Position numbers and translations under genes: made by a program. From Felis catus (Eukaryota): DNA of 64,000 bases. Position 1 is the stretch's first letter. The number at the start of each line of letters is the position of its first letter. The notes under the pieces are model-generated. The model searched no databases. It was not told where the DNA came from and saw nothing but the letters and a program-made list of their open reading frames with translations. The DNA lies in the NCBI RefSeq assembly GCF_018350175.1, contig NC_058368.1, forward strand, positions 43,712,001 to 43,776,000, written 5' to 3'. Shown piece after piece: positions 13,351 through 25,989 of the stretch.

Positions 13351-13832
13351 TGCAAAATAAATTTATAATGGTATATATATTGTATACATGTACATACATT
13401 TATTGAATGCATGTAATCTGTCAAATATGTGAATCATAATACATTAATCATTTTTCCTTTACTACGCAAGTGTGTTTTGAATGATGGATAAAACTAAAAT
13501 AAATACTAATCAAAATAATATTAAAATAGTTTGCTGCTATATAATAGACATTTAACTAATGAGTACATTAAATGAATATGCAGAATTAAGCCTAACTCAA
13601 TAATTATTTTAATACTTTTTGAAAAACTAAATAAATGTTTATAAAACTACTGAGAAAGAACTGAATAATAGGCAAATTTTGTTTAGAATAATAGTATTTC
13701 TGATAGTTTTCTGGTAAAAATTGTTAGCAAAGGTCTACAGTTCTCACTCAGACATAATACAAGTAATTATTAATGGCATAAGTAGAAACAAATATGTTTT
13801 ATCATTCCAAAATGATATTTATTCAGAATACG

Positions 13833-13922
13833 ACTTTTAAAAATTAAATTCAAATTAAAGTTTATGCCTTTTTATTACAACTTTTAAAAATTAAATTCAA
13901 ATTAAAGTTTATTCCTTTTTAT
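13833..13922. repeat. Tandem duplication, 47-bp period, about 2 copies
   Basis: acttttaaaaattaaattcaaattaaagtttat(g/t)ccttttt starts at 13833 and at 13880. Confidence 0.95.
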
Positions 13923-15612
13923 AGTTATCAATAACCAAAAAACAAAGAATCACCAAAACTTGCTGCAAAATTAAGTAAGTTTCAGGAAACAGATAGGTCC
14001 ATCTGTTAAAAGGTTCCATATTCATAGAACATTTCATGTCCTATGAATTAGTAAATGTTATGCATATTTTGTTTTAAATAAACTACTTATATTGTGGCAA
14101 AGGAGCTCTGACCTAGGCACTTTATCAAATTTTCAAAAATGATCAAAATTCAATATCAGCAATATAATGATGGTAAGAATCAATACATCCACAAAACAGA
14201 AGATTCAATTGCATTTTGCAATTGTATAGTGTAAGCTAAGTCTGGGTTAATTTAAGTGCTAAGGAAACCATCACTAACTAGATGTGAGGACCATGACCAA
14301 AACCTAATAAAGTTAAGGATGCATTAGCCAATCCATGCTCACTTAGAGAGACAGAGATAGAAAATAATGCTGGTCCAAGGAGAAGAAGGATGTTGTGTGT
14401 GATCAGATAGGTATACCTACAAGTCCAAAGAATAGAAAAGCCCATGGTATTCTCATGTGTGTACATACGGATATTCTGTTGAAAATTAATTGACCATATA
14501 TGCATTGGTTTATTTCGGGCTTTCTATTCTCCTTTGATCGATGCATCTCATTTCATGCCAATACCATACTGTTTTAATTGCTATAGCTCTGAAATATAGT
14601 GTGAAATCACTAAGTGTGATGCTTCCAGTGTTGCTCTTTATCAATACTGCTTTGGTTATTCTGGGTCTTTTGTGACTACAATTTTAGGATTTTTTTCTTT
14701 TTCTGTGAAAAAAAATACCATTGGAATTTTGGTACAGAGTGCATTGGATCTGTAGATTGCTTCGAGTAGTGTGGGCATTTTAATAATATTAATTCTTTGC
14801 ATCCAGGAACATGGAATATGTTTTCATTCATACATGTCTTCTTTTTCTTTCATGAATATCTTGTAATTTTCACTGTATAGATCTTTCACTTCTTTGGTTA
14901 TGTTATTCCTAAGTATTTTATTCATTTTAATGGTATTGTAAATGGATTGATTTCTTATTTCTTTTTCTGATAGTTCATTGTTAGTGTAAAGAAACACAAC
15001 TATTTTTTGTATATTGGTATTGTATCCTACAATGTTACTAAATTTATATATTAGTTCTAAAAAATTTTTGGTAGAGTCTTTAGAGTTTTCTGTATATAAA
15101 ATTTCTATATATAATATCATGTTATCTGCAAATAGAGACAATTTTACCTTCCAGTTTGGATGCCTTTTATTTCTTTTTCTGACCTAATCAATCGGGCTAG
15201 GGCTTCCAGTATTATGTTAATAAAAGTGGGCATAATTGTTTTGTTCCTGATCTTGAAATGTTTTCATTGTTGAGTGTGATGTTAGTTGTGGCTTATCATA
15301 TATGACCTCTATTATCTTAAGATAATGTACCTTCTTTACTCAGTTTTTGAGCATTTTTATCAAAAGGATGTTAAATTTGCCAAATGATTTTTTACATCTA
15401 TTGAAGTGGCCATATGATTTCTATTACTCATTTTTTAAAGTGGTGTGTCACATGTATTTGCTTCCAAATGTTGAAACATCCTTGTATCTGTGGAATAAAT
15501 CACACTTGATTATGGTGCATGATCCTTTTAATGTGTGCTGTTGAGTTTGGTTTGCTAGTATTTTGCTGGGAATTTTTTGCATCTATGTTCATCAGGGATA
15601 TTGGCTTGTAAT

Positions 15613-15620
15613 TTTCTTTT

Positions 15621-15687
<67 letters not shown>

Positions 15688-15688
15688 C

Positions 15689-15743
<55 letters not shown>

Positions 15744-15753
15744 CTCTCTCTTT

Positions 15754-15792
<39 letters not shown>

Positions 15793-15803
15793 GTCTTTCT
15801 TTC
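15613..15803. repeat. (TTTC)n tetranucleotide microsatellite inside L1 ORF2
   Basis: Seen directly. Confidence 0.97.
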
Positions 15804-15919
15804 TGTGGTGTCTTGGTCTGACTTTTGTTACAGTGTAATGCTAGCCTCTCAAAATGAGTTGGAAGCATTCCTTCTTCTTCTGTTTTTTTGGAGAAGTTTT
15901 TAAAGGATTGGCATTAATT

Positions 15920-16060
15920 CTTTTTTTTTTTTAATTTTTTAATGTTTATTATTTATTGTTGAGAGACAGAGCCCAACATGAGGCTCAAACTCACAAACCA
16001 GGAGATCCTTCCCTGAGCCAAAGTCACATGCTCAGTTGGCTGAGCCACCTAGATTCCCCC
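15920..16060 (-). mobile_element. Internally deleted CanSINE
   Basis: Poly-T, aatgtttattattt, gagagacagag joined directly to cccaacatgaggctcaaactcacaaacc...gctgagccacc. Confidence 0.85.
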
Positions 16061-17224
16061 AGTAATTCTTCTTTAAATGTTTGATAGACTTCACTGGTGA
16101 ACGTTTCTGTTCTAGATGATCTGTCTATTGTTCAAAGTGTTTACTGACTTCCCTGGGTTCCAGGAAAGATCACAGCTGGCCCCTAGTTGCATGTTAAATT
16201 ACAAGCTAGACCTTTATACAGTAGCTTATAAAGTATGCAGTTAGACCTCTTTCAGGGAAATTTTGGGAGATGGGTGTGTTTATGCCTATCCCCTCTGCAC
16301 TGACCCTGGGAAGGGGAAGTCACAAGGTCTTCCTTGCTCACTAGGAACTGCTTCTTGTTTGCCATAGACTTGTGTTTCATGTATGCAAGCCCCATTGGCT
16401 TTCAGAGCTAAGTGTTTGGGGGGGGCCTGTTCCTCAGGTGGAATCTCAAAATTTGGGGTGATAGATGTTTGTTTCAGACTTTTTGCTCCTCAGAGAAAAA
16501 CTGGGAGTTGGTGGTTTCTGATTATATGACACTATGGTATTTATGTCAAGAGTGAGCCTCAACCATTCTTACTCCTTTGAAAGTTGGTATTTTCCCCATT
16601 GCCTGATGTGTAGGAGTCGCTCAGATAGTTTCTAGATTTCTTCAGAGGGAATTGCTCCACGTGTAGCTGTACATTAGGGGGCTCATCTATGGGAGGAGAG
16701 ATGTTCGTTAGCCTTCTGGGTCACTATCTTGCACTATCCTCTTGACTTTCTACACTCAAAATGAGCTTAAAAAATTTTCAGGACAACAGTGATGGTTTTT
16801 TTTGTTAATAGCAATGAAAATATCCAAACATATAAATTGTGTGCCAAGGCAAACTTTATCTTTGTTCTCATATTTCTTAGAATCAAGTCAATGGAATGTA
16901 CATATTCCAAAGAAACATAAAATATATTTATATGTTATATTAATATCTATTATATATGTTATATATATTTATATAATGTAAAGTAAGCTAATTATTTTTA
17001 AAAAGTACTAGTTAGAATTTTTTGAGCACTTACTGTATAATAATTTTTTTAAAAAGTAGTAGTTAGCATTTATTGAGGACTTACTGTATGCTAGACCTAA
17101 CTATAATCAGTTTACATACATATCTATTTTTTCATAATTTTGACAATTGTATGACATAGATGTTATCCATATACTCATATATTATGTATGTTTTCTATAT
17201 ATTCTATAAAATAAGGTAATTATT

Positions 17225-17462
17225 TTTATAGTAGAAGTTAGCATTTATTGAGCACTTACTGTTGCTGGACCTGACTATAATCTCTTTCTATTTTTGTAAT
17301 TGATGACAACTGTATGACATAGATGTTAATACTATACTCATGTTACAAATGTGGAAACAGAATAAGAAGTGAGGTGAGTTGCTCAAGTTTATAGAGCTAA
17401 CAGCAGAACCAGGTTTTGAACTAAGGCAATTTAATTTTAGAGACTTCCCTTAAATTCTAAGC
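17225..17462 (-). mobile_element. MIR SINE relic, with partial duplicate copies of its end at 16991-17190
   Basis: gcatttattgagcacttactgt...catgttacaaatgtggaaacaga...ttgctcaagtttatagagctaa...ggttttgaactaaggca. Confidence 0.75.
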
Positions 17463-17672
17463 TATGATTACCCTCAAAGGAGCATAATATAGTACCCATA
17501 GCAAGAGCTAAGAATAGGTCCATGGTTCCATGAAAGTTTGTATTAGGGTCATATGTCATAAGAAGATTGCTGTTTTCTTTCTGCTTTTTGTCCCTCTAGA
17601 TTTGGATAATACTTTTTAAATTATAAAAATATTTAAGTTGCTAACCAAATTCAAAGTATATTTTCTTAAACA

Positions 17673-18057
17673 TTTTTTTAATTATTGTAAGAACACATAA
17701 CATTAAATCTACCCTCTTAACAATTTTTAAGTGTAAAATATGGTATTGTTTACTATATGTATAAAATTGTGCAGCAGATCTCTAGAATTGTTTTCATCTT
17801 GCATGAGTAAAACTATTTACCTATTAAATTAGCTACTTCACAATTCTCCCTTCCCCCCAATCTGAAAAACACTATTGTATTTTAATTTTCTGAGTTGTAT
17901 ACATAAAATGGAATATTATTCAGCCACAAAAAAGGAAAGCTTGTCATATTCTACAACATAGATGAAACTGGAGGACATGCTAACTGAAATTAGATAGTCA
18001 TAGATCATTATTCTACTTATATGAGAGATCTAAAGTAACTAAACTCATAAAAGCAGG
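17673..18057 (-). mobile_element. L1MA-type 3' end with 5' inversion (17673-~17896 minus, ~17897-18057 plus)
   Basis: Minus part has L1MA 3' UTR motifs (agatctctagaa, taacaatttttaagtg); plus part has aatggaatattattcagcca...ggaggacat...aactcata. Confidence 0.7.
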
Positions 18058-18400
18058 GTTTTATTTTTTAAGGATGTGAAACATGATCTGCAATCAGATA
18101 TATAAGTAGTAGATAATCTGGAAGAAAAGTTCTTAAACAACTTTCCAACAAGAGCATGTTTAAGTCCTTGTGGGAAGAGCATGAGGATAAAAGAAAGTTG
18201 GTTTGGCTGAAGCACAGATGTCAAGAACCAGCCTTGTGAGAGGTGAGGAAGGAGAGATAGGTAGGGACTAAACCACACACATGAAAAAAAATGTTTTATT
18301 AAGGAATTATAATTTTAGAAGATTAGGAGACTTAACTTTTCTCAAATATTTTTTAAAACTTTACCAATTACATTATGTTTGGGGGTATTTACTTAACTTT

Positions 18401-18619
18401 CTTTTTAATTTTTTTTAATGTTTATTTATTTTTGAGACAGAGGAAGACAGAGTGTGAGTGGGGGAGGGGCAGCGAGAGAGGGAGACACAGAATCTGAAAC
18501 AGGCTCCAGGCTCTGAGCTGTCAGCACAGAGCCTGATGTGGGGCTTGAACCCACGAACCGTGAGATCATGACCTGAGCCAAAGTTGAATGCTTAATTGAC
18601 TGAGCCACCCAGGCGCCCC
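18401..18619 (-). mobile_element. CanSINE (SINEC_Fc-like)
   Basis: Complete body ending ccacccaggcgcccc; TSD acttaacttt at 18391-18400 and 18621-18630. Confidence 0.96.
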
Positions 18620-19391
18620 AACTTAACTTTATTTTTTAGTTATTCTCTCAGAATTATTTGGGGGACAGTAAAAATGTTGAATATATAAGAACTAAATGTG
18701 TTCTTTGATATATTTTCATTGCAAACCTCAATTTATTTTTAATTCTAGTTGAGAATACTAATTCAAAAAAGTGTTATATATCCCATTTCTTAAATTATCT
18801 TTTTTTTCCTTCTAAGTTAGGTTATTTAGTTCTTGTTATTATCCTTCTTCTTGGATATTTAATCTCTACAGCTCGTTTTTTCTCCTGTAAGCACCTGATT
18901 AATAGAATATTTTTTTTAAAAAAAGAAAATTATTGATAGGGGTGCCAAACTTATTCAGTGAGTAAGTTATTAGGCTATTATTTTCTACAGTTATCTTCTC
19001 AGGATGGTAAATTTGAGAGAAGCTCTGGGTATGTGGATGATATGTGCTAAAGATTATTTTAGCACATATTTTAGCACATATTTAAAGATAATTATTTAGA
19101 TTATTTGAGAAAGAAACAGTATACTGGGCATTCATCTACTCCACTAGTCCTCCATCTGCCTCAAGCCATAAGATAAAGTAGGTTACCGCAGGTTTCTGTA
19201 CATGATTTGAGGGTTAAGAAAAGAATCAAATTGGAAGACATACATTTCTTAACACAAATTTTTGAAATCTGTTTTCTGATAATTGCCTCAGAGTCAAAAT
19301 AAAAACAATGAAGCTCCATAGTGTTGTATGGCCATCCAATACCCCCTCTGATGATTTTTAGATCAAAGTATCAGAGACACTTTGGAGCTAG

Positions 19392-19739
19392 TACTATAAA
19401 CTGAATGTATCCCTCCAAAATTCACATGTTGAAATAATAGTCCCCAGTGTGATAATATTTGTGGTGAGGCCTTTGGAGGATGATTAGGTCATGAGGGTGG
19501 ACCCTTCATGAATAGGATTAGCGACTTAAAAAAAGAGACCCTCATGAACCGTCCCTTCCACCATGTGAGCGCACAGGAAAAAGACAGTTGTTTGTGAACC
19601 TGGAAGCAAGCCCACCCTCACTAGACACTGAATCTGACAATGCTTTAATATTGGACTTCCCAGTCTCCAGAACTGCATGTATTGTTAAGCCACCCAGTAT
19701 CAGGTATTTTTGTTACAGCAGCTGGAATGGACTAAGACA
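19392..19739 (+). mobile_element. MaLR MLT1A-like solo LTR
   Basis: Starts tactataaactgaatg...ccaaaattcacatgttgaa, ends ggactaagaca; 5-bp TSD gctag at 19387-19391 and 19740-19744. Confidence 0.9.
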
Positions 19740-19959
19740 GCTAGAAAGCCAAATATTTGAGGGATTAGATGATAAAGCCAAATTCAATACAAAACTTTGA
19801 TGGAAGACTATTTATGCCATGAATAGTGGTGAATTGTAGTACCCAGCTCTTAAAGAATCCTGGACAATCATTTCTGAGAAAAAAGACAATGAATATTTTT
19901 TTATGCTGTCATCGGAGATGCCATATGGCACTCAGATGCCAAAAACCAGGATATGTAAT

Positions 19960-20350
19960 TGTTGAACTAATGAGACATGGAGATGAGTTTGAAATGTAGA
20001 TTTGTGACTATTAGCATGTAGAAAGTAGATTCATAGAATGGATCGCCTTGACAAGAAGAGTAGATGCTTTGAAGAGAAACGAGATAAGGGAAAAGACCTG
20101 GGAAAATCAACATTTAACATTTCAGTATGGCTTGTGGCACTCATAAAAAATCCTGAGAAGAAAGAGCCAGAGAAATAGGAGAATAGTGTCAAGGAAGCCA
20201 ATAGGAGAGAAAAATTAGAGGTAAGGAGGCAATACTGAACAATGAAAAATACTTCCGAGTTGCAGTAAGAAAAGAATATGTTTCTCAGATTTAGTAATAA
20301 AAGTGTCATTAATGACCTTGGCAACTGAAGTTCAGTAGATTAATGGGCCT
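19960..20350. mobile_element. L2 LINE relic
   Basis: Purine-rich motifs ccaacatttaa-like, gtgtcaaggaagccaa, gtcattaatgaccttggcaa typical of L2; heavily decayed. Confidence 0.5.
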
Positions 20351-22446
20351 GAAGTTATAAATCAATGAGTAAAGAAATGGTGTTGAATACAGAGTGACAG
20401 GTGGTATAGAATGCTCTCTAAACTGTCATTTGCTAACATGGCAGCACAGGCATGAAACTGAGAATTAGGACACATTAGAAGTGAAGACATGCTTTGTTTT
20501 GTCTTGTTTTTGCTTTCCAGTATTGGAGATGTTTAAGTAAATTTCTATAAAAGTGCTTTAGAGAGAACATTCTTCAATATGCTGAAGAAAGTGGGGATAA
20601 TTAAAATGGGAACAGGAGAGTTAGTCTAAATAATAAATAGATGGATCCGTTATGAAGGAGTTGATACCTTTCAGTAGGTGGTTGGAAAATAAATCAGAGA
20701 GGAAAGGAAAGGGACATCCACCAAATGTTTTATCGGTAAAAAATGTTATGACTGGTTAGACTAAAGGTTATATAATATGCATCTTATTTTAGTCAATTTC
20801 TTTCTGTACAAATAATTTATATTATTTTAATGTAAATTCTATTTGCCTTAATACTTTTATTAATATGAATTCCATTTGTATTATTATTATAATTATTATA
20901 AGAAAATGACATATGGGGTATAAGAATTCTATGATTGAAAGCACATTTTAATAAACAATGCACTCTATCTCCTGACATGACTACATACCTGATACGGCAA
21001 AGTGAGCTTATTTCTCTTTTCTTCTTCTTCCTTTTTTTTTTTTTATTACCAACAAATCAAACTATTAAACTACAGCAGTTGGCTTATCAATCCCAGGTCA
21101 GAGGAAAGTGGTTTGCTGATGTTTCACAAGTTTTATTCAGTCTTTGAGAAATAAGAAAACGATCTCAAATAAAACTTTTCACAACCCTATTGTACTTTCT
21201 TTATCTTCTAAGTAGAGCCCCTTGTCAGCCTTTGATCCTACTCTACTAAAGTTTCCAGTAATTCTGCTGTCCCAGAGTGATACGTTCTACAGCATTTCTG
21301 TAATTGCAAACCAGCTGGTAGAACTTCAAGAGACCAACAAAAAAATATCTTAAAAGGCTATTCTAAAAACTATTAGTTGTTAAATTACACTCATTTTCCT
21401 CACCATTTAAAGTATTCTGCACATAAAATATGCCCAGGATTACCAAATTAAAATAGAGAAGAAAAATTTTTTTTACAATTTACCTTTAAGCAAAAGCATA
21501 TTTTTATAATAACCTTGCTGCTGTATTTTTCTCTCTAGTACCTTTTCCTAACAAAATGTATGCTGTATTCAATAATCCTTTCACCTGTAGGTCTATTGGG
21601 CACTGCTAATAATAACTAGACCTTTGCTATTTGTAGAGAAAGTTGCCCAGTGAAAATGGGGTCATGAAAATCTCTTTTTCAATGGATGCACAACTTCCTA
21701 TATAGGAAAGGAAGGAAGGAGTGTAAGGTTGTCTTCCCAATCTATAGAAACATGATTCCTAACCACTTTAATTCTATTTGATTATTTTTATTAAAAAACA
21801 TAGCACATAATTTATAATTCCCTGGTTCTGTTATGTAGAATCATGTTTCCAAGGGAGTCATTCAAAGTAGAAAGGCTTTTTAAAATATAAATGTGGCAGT
21901 TTCTTTATCATCGTCTCATAAATGATCTTTTATCTTCATGCTTTAACTTAAATCATACTTCTTTTTTTTTCCATTAGTTGGAAAGCGTACGTGAACGTTA
22001 ATAGCAGTTAAAGATACAGTAGGACTTTGACCTGAGGGAGTTTGGGGGATAATTTGATATAATTTGATACTCTGGTGATTATATCCTGTAGGTTTTTATG
22101 ATGGTATGTTCATTTTTTCAACTTTTTAAAAACATTTTAAATATTTCACAATGCATTTGTACTGTACAGTGGTCCTGAAATTCAAATCATTAGGTCAGAA
22201 CCTAAAGTACTGATTAAGCCAACTTCAACCTCCCAAAAAAGGGAGAAAATAATATCTTTTCCACTCTGATTTTTACCAAGGGTTTTTTTGAACATTCAGC
22301 GAACTGTTTTGTTTTTGGGGTTTTTTTTTTCTTTTGTTTTTTTTTAAATTTCTGTGCAAACTTGTTTATGGACTATGTATGATACAGATTTAAAATATAT
22401 GTATTTACAAGATTATTCCTGGGATTGTTACAAGGTATGTCTTCTA

Positions 22447-22672
22447 GGGGCGCCTGGGTGGCGCAGTCGGTTAAGCGTCCGACTTCAGCCAGGTCACGAT
22501 CTTGCGGTCTGTGAGTTCGAGCCCCGCGTCAGGCTCTGGGCTGATGGCTCAGAGCCTGGAGCCTGTTTCCGATTCTGTGTCTCCCTCTCTCTCTGCCCCT
22601 CCCCCGTTCATGCTCTGTCTCTCTCTGTCCCAAAAATAAAAATAAAGGTTGAAAAAATAAATAAATAAATAA
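22447..22672 (+). mobile_element. Young CanSINE (SINEC_Fc-like) with retained CpGs
   Basis: ggggcgcctgggtggcgcagtcggttaagcgtccgact...gagttcgagccc (Pol III A/B boxes), (CT)n, A-rich tail; perfect 17-bp TSD acaaggtatgtcttcta at 22430-22446 and 22673-22689. Confidence 0.98.
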
Positions 22673-25600
22673 ACAAGGTATGTCTTCTAAAGAGGTCTCT
22701 AATTCAGATTTGTTATGATTCTTTATTTACAAGGTCTTATTACATTTAACACAATAAACCAATTGCTGGATTTACTTTAAAGGCAAGAGGTTATCTAAGA
22801 AAATGGATAGTTTTTTTTTTTCTAAAGTGCATATTTAATCCCAAATGTAGCAAGGAATAATTGTATGAACACCTTAAAATGAAGGCATCTATGTACTATG
22901 AAAGTTTTACAGCATTTCCCAAAGTACAGGGTCCTTTCATCTAGTGTAAGGAATTTTTATTTAATTTAAGTGGCTCTGTGAAAATATGCAAGTGTCTGTT
23001 TGAAGCATTCTTCTTCTTATATATATTTTATAAAAATATAATGTCTGCTAAAAAATTTACTTAAAAATTCAGATAACACTCAGTTAAATGGACACTTGAG
23101 CAAATTAATGAGAAATTTGAGTAATATGAGTAAAAATTCATCCTCTTCAAATTTTTTCTTTGAGGCAGTCATTTTTTCCTTGTATTTTCCAGATGATTTC
23201 TCAATTTCTTTCTTGGATATTCTTTAAGGGTATTAAATTTTTAGCTCCTGATATGAGTGATGTTGGCCATAAAAAAGACTGGAAAAACTGTTTACTTCAA
23301 TAAAGATTAAAATTAATTTCCAGCACACATTTTGACATTTAGATTAGCATCTTCTATAAGCCTATTTGCCAAACTTTTATAAGCAGTAGTCAAGAATATA
23401 CATATAGAAGTTAAATAGCTCCAGATTTCAATTAAAGATGACACAGAAAAATAGCTCATTACAGTGTCTCTCTCACATAGTGAGAAAAATTGTATGGTGA
23501 CTATTTTCCAATTTGATGGTCAATCAAAAGATGAATAGGTTATATTCTTTATTATTAAGCTTAGGAAATTAAACCTACATATGTGACCCACAGTTACTAT
23601 TTGAGTTTATCTTTTATAGGCAACCAGTAATTTCTAATGTCATTTAGGCAATTAAAATTATGCATGTGTCTCTGTGCTCTGTTTAGCATCTTGTGAAAAT
23701 AAATGAAAAATTTGGAACATCCATCAAGTTTTTCTTTTCTATTTTTAAAATTTTCTTTTTCTTTTTCTCCTTTCTTTACTTTTGCTTTTATTTTTTTCTT
23801 CATAATTTTAAAGATGACCGTAAAAATGAAAGGGATATTGCTTTATATAAAACTCCCTTGAGTAAGAGTCATTAACTTCTAGCCAAAAAAAAAAAAAAAA
23901 AGAAAAGAAGGATGGATTCAAAAAAAGGTAGTAGTGCTCTATCTGGGATAGGAAGTCTTACATCCCTAGCACATTTCAAAAAGATCTTGAGCACATTCTT
24001 TAGAAGATACATGATTAAATATCTTACCTTTGAGTTTTTAACAAAGAACCTGCTATGAACTCTGATATAGAGGAGGGATTATGTGTGTGTGTAATGTATT
24101 TTACCATAAAAAAGCATTGAAGGGTGGAAGATTAGAGAGCTAATTTTGAATGTAAATGGACATACCTTTAAGAACTGAGGCAAGATACTAATGCTCAGTT
24201 TATTAGAAAATCTACTGGGTAAGTTATAATGCCAGCAAGAATTGCTTGGAGCCACTGCTAGAAAGATATCTACCACTCATTGTATCACTGACATATTTTT
24301 TGCTCATCTATCAGATTTCTCACATAAATTTGATTTTAGATCAGGTGGATTTGAGCAGATATCCAATGAGTTTCTTATTAGAGGCATTAGCCTTTCTTTA
24401 AGTATTTAAAATATGTGTTTGCCTTTTTTTTCTTTTTTTTTTAGCATTTGAACTTACATAGACCTTTCTTCATACCTCAAGTATTGCAGTCACTACCCAT
24501 GATTACATTTGTTTCTTCTTTTCCTCCTCTCCCTTGCCTTTCCTTTTCTTCCTCAATCTCCTCCTTCCATTCATATGTTGCCCCCCTCTCCTATCTCTCA
24601 GCAATGAGCCTGTAAGGATGAAGGACTGAACAGAGATATAGAATTAGCATTGAACAGTGCTGGGTAAGCTGAAAATAAGACTAGTAACAGAATATGTTAA
24701 GAGTTAAAAGCTTTAGTTTACTTTAATGTATTCTGTCTTTGTATTAAGAGCAATGAGATGCCTTGATGACTTTAAGCTGGGATAGTGAAATACTATGACT
24801 TGCATTTCAAAAGGCTTTCAGACACAGTAAAAAGAATGAGCTCCAGAGAGAATCAGAGCAGACTAGTGTAGACTAGTTAGGAGGCTATTTTCATAGTCTG
24901 GGAGACTGATGGTAGGTTGTTTAGAGGTGTAATTATAAATGGTGTAAGTGAAGAAAAGTAAAGGAATGAAAACTACTTATCATGAAAAATGACCACTCCT
25001 TGCTGATAATTGGAAATGGTCCAGACATAGGAGATGCACTTAAGAATGTTGCCATTTTGTTCCTTTGTATTCAAGTCTACTATGAAAGGGAATTTAATAC
25101 TATCCCTGAAGCTCATAATGGGAAAGACTTCAGTATTCTAAATTTGGGCATCTCTATGTTGTTAAAATTGATTTTGTGTTTTTTATATAGCTTTACTCAT
25201 AAAATCTTACATGAGCTATTACAAAGTAACTTAGTGAAACATTATTTGGCAAGTAAACTTAGCACCAACTTTTAGTGATGAATTAGATAAGGGTTCAAAT
25301 TAGAGAAATGTTTCAAGGATGATTGCTTTACTTATAATCTCACCAGTAGAGTTGAAGGCCAAGTTTAGAGAGATTATGTATTTAAGATGTATTAAGATGC
25401 TGTTGAAACATGTAAGATAACCTTATTTTGAGAGAACATATATTACATTTCATCAAATTTTCATATGAATGAATTTCAAAAACACATCACTTCAGTAGTC
25501 CATTCATCTCTTCATTCACTTCTCTTTAGGAGAGGAGGTGTGATTTAACTGATTTATGTGTGAGAAAGAAAATAAAACATATGGATGTTTCCAAACATTG

Positions 25601-25989
25601 CATATTCTCTTTTGCCTATATCTGCCTGCAGAAAAGGCAAATTCTGATCTGCTTTCTCAATATGCTGTGAAGGGATAGTCCCTCTGTGATGTAATAATAC
25701 ATGGTTCTTCCTATATAGTTATTTAAATGTACTTAATGTATAAATGTGTATTGTACACTAATGAAGAATGAGTAGCTCTACTTTCCCATGTACTTCCTAT
25801 TCAACTTCCCCCTAGCTTTTTATTTTGAAATATTTCAAACATGCAGAATAGTTGCAAGAAATGTGGTAAGAATGCTCATATGTCTGCTATCTAACCTCAA
25901 CAAATGCAATGGTGGTTTAATATTAAAAAAAAAAACCCAAAATTTAGTTAGCTTTACTAGTCAAATTTTGAAGAAAAAATTATATTTCT

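Larger units (their letters stand above)
14410..16740 (-). mobile_element. Degraded, internally deleted older LINE-1 (RT-region remnant plus probable 5' UTR remnant)
   Basis: Reverse-strand ORF2 remnants SLFADNMILYIE and ENYKPISLMNIDAK; contains a (TTTC)n tract and a SINE; boundaries approximate. Confidence 0.82.

Noticed and set aside
15500..15903. K/E/R-rich and F/L/S-rich ORFs of 91-122 aa
   Set aside because: Translations of the stop-free (TTTC)n microsatellite
16991..17345. CRISPR-like repeat-spacer array
   Set aside because: Eukaryotic context; the repeats are degenerate MIR-end duplications with homologous, unequal intervals
22447..22530. tRNA gene (A and B boxes)
   Set aside because: tRNA-derived head of a CanSINE with (CT)n body, A tail and TSD
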